Source of the DNA: Vitrella brassicaformis CCMP3155
Taxonomy: Eukaryota > Protista > Chromerida
Reading direction: 5' to 3'
Assembly (NCBI GenBank): GCA_001179505.1
Contig: CDMY01000731.1
Coordinates: forward strand, 1-26,319
Length of the DNA stretch: 26,319 nucleotides
Shown here: positions 12,001 through 21,000 of the stretch, piece after piece
How the letters are laid out: every line of letters starts with the position of its first letter
How positions within the stretch are numbered: position 1 is the stretch's first letter
Translations under genes and position numbers: made by a program
The notes under the pieces: generated by a model
The model's input: only the letters and a program-made list of their open reading frames with translations
The model's database searches: none
Told to the model about the DNA's origin: nothing

Positions 12001-15000
12001 ACCGAGCAGGGGATGCCTATCCGAGAACACACTCTCCACGTCCCCGAGCAGCCTCTCGCACTCCTGCTTGCTCGACACGTCACAGGCGAAACACCGCACC
12101 GTCGCTGATGTCTTGCCTTGTGGGGCGGGGGCAGTGAGCCTTTTCCACACAGCCGAGTTCTTCGTCTCGTCGGTCGGCTGCCCTCTGCGTGACACCAGGG
12201 CAATGTGTTTCGCCCCCTCATCGACCAACCAGTTCGCCACGAGCAGCCCCAGGCCACCGAGCCCTCCAGTGATGAGATAGACACCATCAGACTTGTTGGT
12301 TGTGGCAGCGACATGAGGCTCGAGGAAGGGCGATCGCAATGCCGATGGGATCTGGATGACGACCTTGCCGATGTGCTGGGCACGCTGCATGAACCTGAAG
12401 GCCGCGATGCCTCCGACCTTGGTATCGCTGCTGAGGAGGTTGAACACATGCAAGGGAATGGCTTTGATCTTGCCGTCATACACCAAGCGCCGCACGCGAT
12501 CAAGCATCCCGCCAAACCACTTGGGATCTTCCTCCATCATGTGGTCGACGGCGATGGTCTCATACATGATGTCGGGCCTCTCCTTGCTCATCTCGTCCTC
12601 GGTCCAGATGCCACGCTTGCCGAGCTCCATGAAGCGGCCGTTCGGTGCCATCAGGTCGACTGAGTTGGGGATGAAGTCTTCGATAAGACAGTTGAGGACG
12701 ACATCGATCTTGGCGTCTCCGCCGAGGAAGCCCGTCATCTCTGTCTTGAAGACATTTGCGNNNNNNNNNNNNNNNNNNNNNNNNNNNNNNNNNNNNNNNN
12801 NNNNNNNNNNNNNNNNNNNNNNNNNNNNNNNNNNNNNNNNNNNNNNNNNNNNNNNNNNNNNNNNNNNNNNNNNNNNNNNNNNNNNNNNNNNNNNNNNNNN
12901 NNNNNNNNNNNNNNNNNNNNNNNNNNNNNNNNNNNNNNNNNNNNNNNNNNNNNNNNNNNNNNNNNNNNNNNNNNNNNNNNNNNNNNNNNNNNNNNNNNNN
13001 NNNNNNNNNNNNNNNNNNNNNNNNNNNNNNNNNNNNNNNNNNNNNNNNNNNNNNNNNNNNCATCCACTCTTGTACCTTTGGCAAGTAGACTTTGGTGATG
13101 CTCTCCTTGGTCTGCTTGCTCATGACCGAATCGTCCAGCACACCAGCGGCGTGCAAGATACCGAGCAGGGGATACTTATCCGAGGACACACTCTCCACGT
13201 CCTCGAGCAGCCTCTCGCACTCCCGCTTGCTCGACACGTCACAGGCGAAACACCGCACCGTCGCTGATGTCTTGCCTTGTGGGGCGGGGGCAGTGAGCCT
13301 CTTCCACAGAGCCGAGTTCTTCGTCTCGTCGGTCGGCTGCCCTCTGCGTGACACCAGGGCAATGTATTTCGCCCCCTCATCGACCAGCCAGTTCGCCACG
13401 AGCAGCCCCAGGCCACCGAGCCCTCCAGTGATGAGATAGACACCATCAGACTTGTTAGTTGTGGCAGCGACATGAGGCTCGAGGAAGGGCGATCGCAATG
13501 CGGATGGGATCTGGATGACGACCTTGCCGATGTGCTGGGCACGCTGCATGAACCTGAAGGCCGCGATGCCTCCGACCTTGGTATCGCTGCTGAGGAGGTT
13601 GAACACATGCAAGGGAATGGCTTTGATCTTGCCGTCATACACCAAGCGCCGCACGCGATCGAGCATCCCACCAAACCACTTGGGATTTTCCTCCATCATG
13701 TGGTCGACGGCGATGGTCTCATACATGATGTCGGGCCTCTCCTTGCTCATCTCGTCCTCGGTCCAGATGCCACGCTTGCCGAGCTCCATGAAGCGGCCGT
13801 TCGGTGCCATCAGGTCGACTGAGTTGGGGATGAAGTCTTCGATAAGACAGTTGAGGACGACATCGATCTTGGCGTCTCCGCCGAGGAAGCCCGTCATCTC
13901 TGTCTTGAAGACATTTGCGTCACGGGAACTGGTGACGTAATGAACACCCTGCTGTCGTAGGAAGTCTTGTTTGTGCTGGCTGCCCGCCGTGCCGTAGAAA
14001 TTGGCCCCGACGGCCCTGCAGTACTGGATGGCCGCGAACCCCACGCCGCCCGATGCCGCGTGCACGAGGACGTTGTCTCCCTTGGTGACCTTGGCGAGCT
14101 CTCGGAAGGCCACCTCGACGGTGACAAAGACGGTCGGCAGGGCGGCCGCCTCTTCGAAGGTCATCGATGCGGGCTTGATGGCCATCAGGTTGGCCTCCGT
14201 CGTCACGTAGGTCCGCAGGCAACCGGGGGCCACGCCGTAGACGTCATCTCCCACACACAGATGACTCACGCCCTCCCCAACGCCCACAACCGTCCCCGAG
14301 CAGTCGCCGCCCGGCGGGCCGGGGTCGCCCGGATACAGACCCATCACGTTCAACACGTCACGGAAATTCAGACCTATCGCACGAACACGGACCTCCACGA
14401 GGTCGTTTGTCGGGGGCACTCTGGCGTCGTCTGAAAGGGGCCGTAGCTTGAGGTTTGAGATGGCGCCACGTGAGCTCATGTGCAGCTCGGCCGCGCCCCT
14501 GGTCTCTAGTTTGCCGTATGCGAGTCGGCTAACGGACGTGGGCCCGCTGCGGATGACCACCTCGGGCTCAACGTCGCCCTTCTCGGCAATGAAGTCCAGG
14601 AGGTGCTTGATCTGGTCCTCGACGAAAGGCTTGTCCGACACTTCAGCAACTCCGACCATCAGGTCTCGGACGCCCAGCATCTCGTTCTCGACACGTGCTG
14701 TGCGGGCGAAACCCCACACGCCCGAGTGTGGCGACATGTTTGTTGGCGGCGGGCCGCTCTTGTCGACCGAGTGGATGCCCGTCGTGAGCACCCAGATGCG
14801 GATGGTCTTTGCGCCGCTCGAGGCCTTGCAGATCTCAGCGCTGTTGACGCAAAGCTGCCGCAGCCCGTCCAGAGCGTTGATGGGGTCGGCGGTCGAGTCG
14901 AGTGACGTCGCGTAGAAGATGTACATGATGTTGCTGCCCTCCATAGCGCTCTCCAGGTCCGCGACGTCGGGCACACTGGCCTTCCGGATGACGTTGAGTG

Positions 15001-18000
15001 TCTTGACGGCCTCCGTGAGGCTGGATGCGGTCCACTTCATGACGCTTTCGTTGGGGCAGACGACGATCGTGCGCATGCCGTTGAAGATGTCCTCCTTCTT
15101 TGGCACGTTGGGGTCCTCGATACGCTCCCGCTCTTCTCCCTCCTCGTCGACCAGCTTGAGCTTCTTCCACTGGTCGTCCGACACCCAGTCCACCGTCCAG
15201 ATCAGGTCACGCGGGATCTCTGCCTGCGGCGTGAAGTCAACCTGCTTGAGTGTCACGTGCTCCAGCTTCCCCACGGCCTTGCCCGACTCTTCGAAGAGGG
15301 TCACGTCGATCATGGCAGTGCTGCTCTCGCTGTTCACCAAAGCCACGACGGCCCACAGAGGCGTCCCGGGGGCCACGCGGCTGAGTGTGACCTCGTCGAT
15401 GGCGATGGGCACCATGGCGGTCTTGGCCGCTCTGGCGCCACTGCCGCCAGCACCCAGTAGCACAGCGGCCACCTGCAGGGCGCCGTCCAGCAGACATGGG
15501 TTGAGGTGGAATGCGGAATCGAATGCCGACGAGGGCGGATGCTTGAGCTTGCCGAGTGCCAGAATGCCGTTGGCTGCCACACTAACTGACACGAGCGTCT
15601 GGAATGCGGGGCCGTAGGTGAGGCCGCGGGAGTGCAGGTGCTGGTAGAGCTCCTTGACGTCGAAGCTGGTGGTGCACGCCTCCTGGGCCTCCTTCAGACC
15701 GCCCTCAGCTACCTGGAGGGCCTTACACGAGCTGGCCGTCGACAGCCGAGCGGTCGCGTGGACCGTCTCCTCTTGGCCTTCAGACTGGCCGTTTACCGTG
15801 GCGATGGTTGCCTCCCGGCCCTTGACGGTGCACTTGAGCTGCGGTGCGCTGCCTGTCTCGGTGAAGACCTTCATGGGCCGGTCGAAGGCAACCTGCTGAA
15901 CGAACACGGGCTGGCTGGGGCTTGCGTTGCTCACTGTCGATGTCCAGAGCGCACCGAACAAATCCACATAGCCCGCACCGGGCATCACAACAACACTGAA
16001 ACACAAAATCATTAAGTTGGTCCAAGGAGTATGCGCCTTCGATCCTCTGGTTTCTCTCTTTTTCTGTGCTTGCTTACCCAGTAACGACATGGTCTGCGAA
16101 GAGCTGCTGCACGTCCTTGCGCAGCTGTGTCTGGAACACCACAGATCGGTCAGCCCCGATGCTCTGTTTGCCGATGAGGGGGTGGCTGACTTCCTTCCAC
16201 GGGAACGGCTCCCTGTTCTCGAACAGCCCCTCAGGCTGTGGCGCCAGCTTGACCTCGATCTCCTGCAACACTGCTGACACCGTCGACAGCTCGCTCTTGC
16301 CCGGTTCAAGGACCGCCAGCCAGTTGAGGCTGTCCGAGGAGCCGAGGCTGTCGCGACCCACACACTGCTTGCCGAGGTTGATGAGCGTCGGGCGGGGGCC
16401 CACCTCCACGAGGATACTGCAGCCCTCGGCGACGGTGGCCGTGATGCCGTCCATGAAGCGGACTGGCAGCGTGATGTGGCTGGCCCAGAAGTGACTGGTA
16501 AGGACCTCGTCGCCGGCCACCTTGCCACTCACGTTGGACACGAAGGGAATGGAGGGCTTGTGCAGCTTAACCGAATCGAGCACCTCACGGAAGGGCTGCA
16601 CGGTGTCCTCCATCAGCGGAGAGTGGAAGGCATGCGACACCGCCAGCAGACGATAGCTCTTGTCAGCATTCAGAGCTCTCATCACCAAGCCAACCTCGCT
16701 GCGAGTCCCGGACACCACCACACTCTTGGGGCCGTTGACGGCCGCCACAGAGACGGTCCTGGTCTGATCCTCGCCGACGGATGCGATGCCCTTGAGCACC
16801 TCCTCCTCGCTCAGACGACAGGCGGCCATGACGCCATCATTCTGTGGAGCGTCGTTCATGATTCGTGCTCGTTCCGCGATGAGCCTGAGTCCGTCCTCGA
16901 GGCTCATGACGCTAGCGACGGTGGCGGCCACGTACTCGCCGATGCTGTGGCCCATGACCACATCGGGCGTCACACCACGGCTCCGCAAAAGCTGAACCAA
17001 CGAATACTCGACAGCGAAGATCAGTGGCTGCGAGAACCGAGTCTGGTCGACGAGCTTCTGCATCTTCTGGCGCTCCTCCTGGTCGTCGCCTGGGAAGAGG
17101 ACGTCGAGAGCCTTGATGGGCGCCAGATAGCGGTCAAGGATGCCGATACATTGGTCGAGGCTCTGCTGGAACACCTTGTCGTTCTCGTACAGCTCCTTGC
17201 CCATGTCCAGGTGCTGCGAACCCTGGCCTGTGAACAGAAAAGCCACTTTCTTCTTCTCGGCCTTGACGGGCACATTGGCCGCCTCGGTGGACTTGGTCGC
17301 CGGAGACCTGTCCACCGCGGGCGCCTCCTCGAGAATGACGTGGGCATTGGCGCCACCAAATCCGAAGGAGCTCACACCGGCGAGGAGCCGCCGGCCAGGG
17401 GGCGGTATGAGTGGGAGGGTCTCAGTGGGGAAGGCGACGGGGAGGCCCTCGATGTCGACGTGCGGATTCAGGGAGCTGAAGCGGAGATTGGGGGGCGTCT
17501 GCTTCATCTGCAGTACGAGCACAGCCTTGAGCACACCCGCAATACCCGCCGCTCCCTCCAAGTGGCCCATGTTGGTCTTGAGGGCGCCCAGCACGAGAGG
17601 GTGCTCCGACTCCCGCCCTCCCGCAAACACGGCCTTGAGCGCGCCCACCTCGATCGGGTCACCGAGGGACGTACCCGTGCCGTGCGTCTCGATAAAGTCG
17701 ATTGCTGATGGTTGGAGGCCGGCCTGGCGCAGCGCCGACCTGATGACCTGCTGCTGGGCCGGCCCGCTGGGGGCTGTCAGGCTGGCTGCCCTCCCCCCGT
17801 GGTTGACGGCCGTGCCTCTCAGGCAGGCCAACACGCCCACCGACTCGGCGGATGTGTCGGAAAGTCGCTTGAGGATGATGGCGGCCGCTCCCTCACCACG
17901 AACATAGCCGTTGGCCGACGTATCGAATGCCTTGCATCGGGCGTCGGGAGCGATCATGCGCGCCTTGCAGAACCCCACCGTAACTTGCGGGTTGAGCATC

Positions 18001-21000
18001 AGGTTGATGCCGGCCCCCACACACGTGCTGCACACGCCTCGTCGGAGGTTGGAGACGGCGATGTCGAGGGCCACGAGTGAGGATGAGCATGCCGTGTCGA
18101 CCGTCATGGATGGCCCCTGGAGGCCGAGAATGTAGGAGATGCGGTTGCTGAGGATAGATGCGGCGGCCCCGCTGGTGCTGTAGCTGCTCACGCTGAGGGC
18201 CGTTTGGTTCTGCACGTGGTGCCAGTCAAAGGAGCAGCAGCCGACGAAAACGCCGATCTGGCTGCGCATGAGCGTCTGCCGTGAGTAGCCAGCGCTGTGG
18301 AATGCCTCGTAGCTGACCTCCAGCATGATGCGCTGCTGGGGGTCCATGGTCTTGGCCTCTGCGGGGCCGATTTTGAAGAAGGCGGCGGCGAACATCTCTG
18401 CGTTGTCAATGAAGCCCCCCTCCCGGATGTACATTTTGCCCTCCATGTCGGGGTCCCCATCGTAGTGCTCGTCGACGTTCCAGCGGGTCAGCGGCACNNN
18501 NNNNNNNNNNNNNNNNNNNNNNNNNNNNNNNNNNNNNNNNNNNNNNNNNNNNNNNNNNNNNNNNNNNNNNNNNNNNNNNNNNNNNNNNNNNNNNNNNNNN
18601 NNNNNNNNNNNNNNNNNNNNNNNNNNNNNNNNNNNNNNNNNNNNNNNNNNNNNNNNNNNNNNNNNNNNNNNNNNNNNNNNNNNNNNNNNNNNNNNNNNNN
18701 NNNNNNNNNNNNNNNNNNNNNNNNNNNNNNNNNNNNNNNNNNNNNNNNNNNNNNNNNNNNNNNNNNNNNNNNNNNNNNNNNNNNNNNNNNNNNNNNNTGG
18801 TTGGAGGCCGGCCTGGCGCAGCGCCGACCTGATGACCTGCTGCTGGGCCGGCCCGCTGGGGGCTGTCAGGCTGGCTGCCCTCCCCCCGTGGTTGACGGCC
18901 GTGCCTCTCAGGCAAGCCAACACGCCCACCGAGTCGGCGGATGTGTCGGAAAGTCGCTTGAGGATTATGGCGGCCCCACCCTCACCACGAACATAGCCGT
19001 TGGCCGACGTATCGAATGCCTTGCATCGGGCGTCGGGAGCCATCATGCGCGCCTTGCAGAACGCCACCGTAACTTGCGGGTTGAGCATCAGGTTGATGCC
19101 GGCCCCCACACACGTGCTGCACACGCCTCGTCGGAGGTTGGAGACGGCGGTGTCGAGGGCCACGAGTGAGGATGAGCATGCCGTGTCGACCGTCATGGAT
19201 GGCCCCTGGAGGCCGAGAATGTAGGAGATGCGGTTGCTGAGGATAGATGCGGCGGCCCCGCTGGTGCTGTAGCTGCTCACGCTGAGGGCCGTTTGGTTCT
19301 GCACGTGGTGCCAGTCAAAGGAGCAGCAGCCGACGAAAACGCCGATCTGGCTGCGCATGAGCGTCTGCCGTGAGTAGCCAGCGCTGTGGAATGCCTCGTA
19401 GCTGACCTCCAGCATGATGCGCTGCTGGGGGTCCATGGTCTTGGCCTCTGCGGGGCCGATTTTGAAGAAGGCGGCGGCGAACATCTCTGCGTTGTCAATG
19501 AAGCCCCCCTCCCGGATGTACATTTTGCCCTCCATGTCGGGGTCCCCATCGTAGTGCTCGTCGACGTTCCAGCGGGTCAGCGGCACCTCCACTATCGCAT
19601 CGCCGCCGGTGCTCAACAGCTCCCACAGCGACTCCAGCGACGAGCTGCCGCCCGGCAGACGGCACGCCGCACCCACGATGGCGATGGGCTCGTCTGCCCT
19701 GATGCCGCCCACCAGTTTGCCGCCCTCTTGTGCGGCCTCCTCAGCAGCGGCGTGGCCCTCCAGCTCGCCGACGAGGAAGTTGATGATGTCATTCGTCGTT
19801 GGGTAATTGAAAATGAGCGTTGGCTCGATGTGCAGCGACAGCGTCTGGGACACGTTCTCGGCAAACTCCACTGCACCGATGGAGTCGACACCCAGCTCGT
19901 GCAGAGGCGCGTCGAAGTCGAATGTGTCGGTGTTGCCCAGGATCTTGGCCGCCGACGCCAATACTGCTGACTGGACCATCTCCCTCCTCTGTCCGATGAA
20001 GAGGCCCTGGCCCGTTGCCTCCTCCTGTGTCGCAACGGAGCCGCCAGACGGCCTCGTCCGAGCAGCTGGGGAATCATCATTGTCTCCTCCTGCGGCACAC
20101 TCGGCTACTGACGCCTCGTTGGTGGGTAGGTGAGCTGCTGCGGCCTGCTCCTCGTTGTCCGTGTCGGGCTCAGCCACAACCTCATCCCAGATGAGGCCCG
20201 CCAGCACCATGTTGAGGAGGAGCTCACGCGTCTTGAACCGACGAACTTTGCCTGACGAGAGGCAGCGACAGAAGCCAAGGACAACAACGCTTGAATCTGA
20301 CATTGTCTATCGGCATATGTGTACGTCAAATAGACGTACCTGCTGTTGTCTTTGGGATGGTTCTTGGTTCGAGCAGCCATATGTGGAAGACGGGAATCCC
20401 CACCTTGGCCGAGACGGCCTTGCATATCTCGCGGCCGACTTGCCTGTATTGAGCCCCTTTACTGGTGAACGCCTGCCACAGCCCCGAGAGCCATCCCAAC
20501 GTCCCCGTCCCCTTCTCCATCTTGATCTCGACCGCCAGACCCAGCCGCTCGTGATCATCCACCTCCAGTGAGAACGCCGCCACGCACCCCTTGCGGACTG
20601 ATTCGCAGCCCTCTGCTGCCTCCTCGATGTCTTGGGGGAAGTAGTTGCGGCCCCGGACGATGATCATGTCCTTGATGCGGCCGGCGATGAAGAGTTCTCC
20701 CTTGTAGAGGAAGCCGCTGTCACCTGTGCGGAGGTATAAGGGCTCCGACTTGTCCCCCGTGCGGTAGATGCACTGCCCGTGGAACGACTCCCGCGTCTTG
20801 TCGGGAAGGTTGAAGTAGCCACGGGCCGTGCTGCCAGACATGACCCACACCTCGCCGCGACGGCCCTCTGGCAGCTCCTTCAGAGTCTCGGGATCAACAA
20901 TTCGAACTGAACGAAGCAGTCGGTGATCGACCGGCGTTGGTCATGGTGCGGTGTGTGTGTGTACCGTCTATCCCAGGGAAGGGCACGCCACATCCGACGA

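Noticed and set aside
14480-15230. Region between DH and ER as a methyltransferase
   Set aside because: No SAM-binding (LEIGAGTG-like) motif in either module; the length and the IW.vdW start fit the structural pseudo-KR subdomain.
16074-16078. Apparent stop after HVVTG ending the 1409-aa ORF, and similar stops after PK and TTAG
   Set aside because: The stops lie inside GT-AG introns; splicing restores conserved motifs, so these are neither separate genes nor pseudogene lesions.
371-19586. Direct repeats as a mobile element or CRISPR-like array
   Set aside because: They are coding PKS segments abutting gaps, with no terminal repeats, transposase, or spacer structure.
139-19970. Many long plus-strand ORFs over the PKS (e.g. 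16476-17708, 3152-4219, 4962-5912, 7729-8478)
   Set aside because: Antisense shadows of GC3-rich coding sequence; no recognisable motifs, and they are duplicated exactly where the PKS overlaps are.
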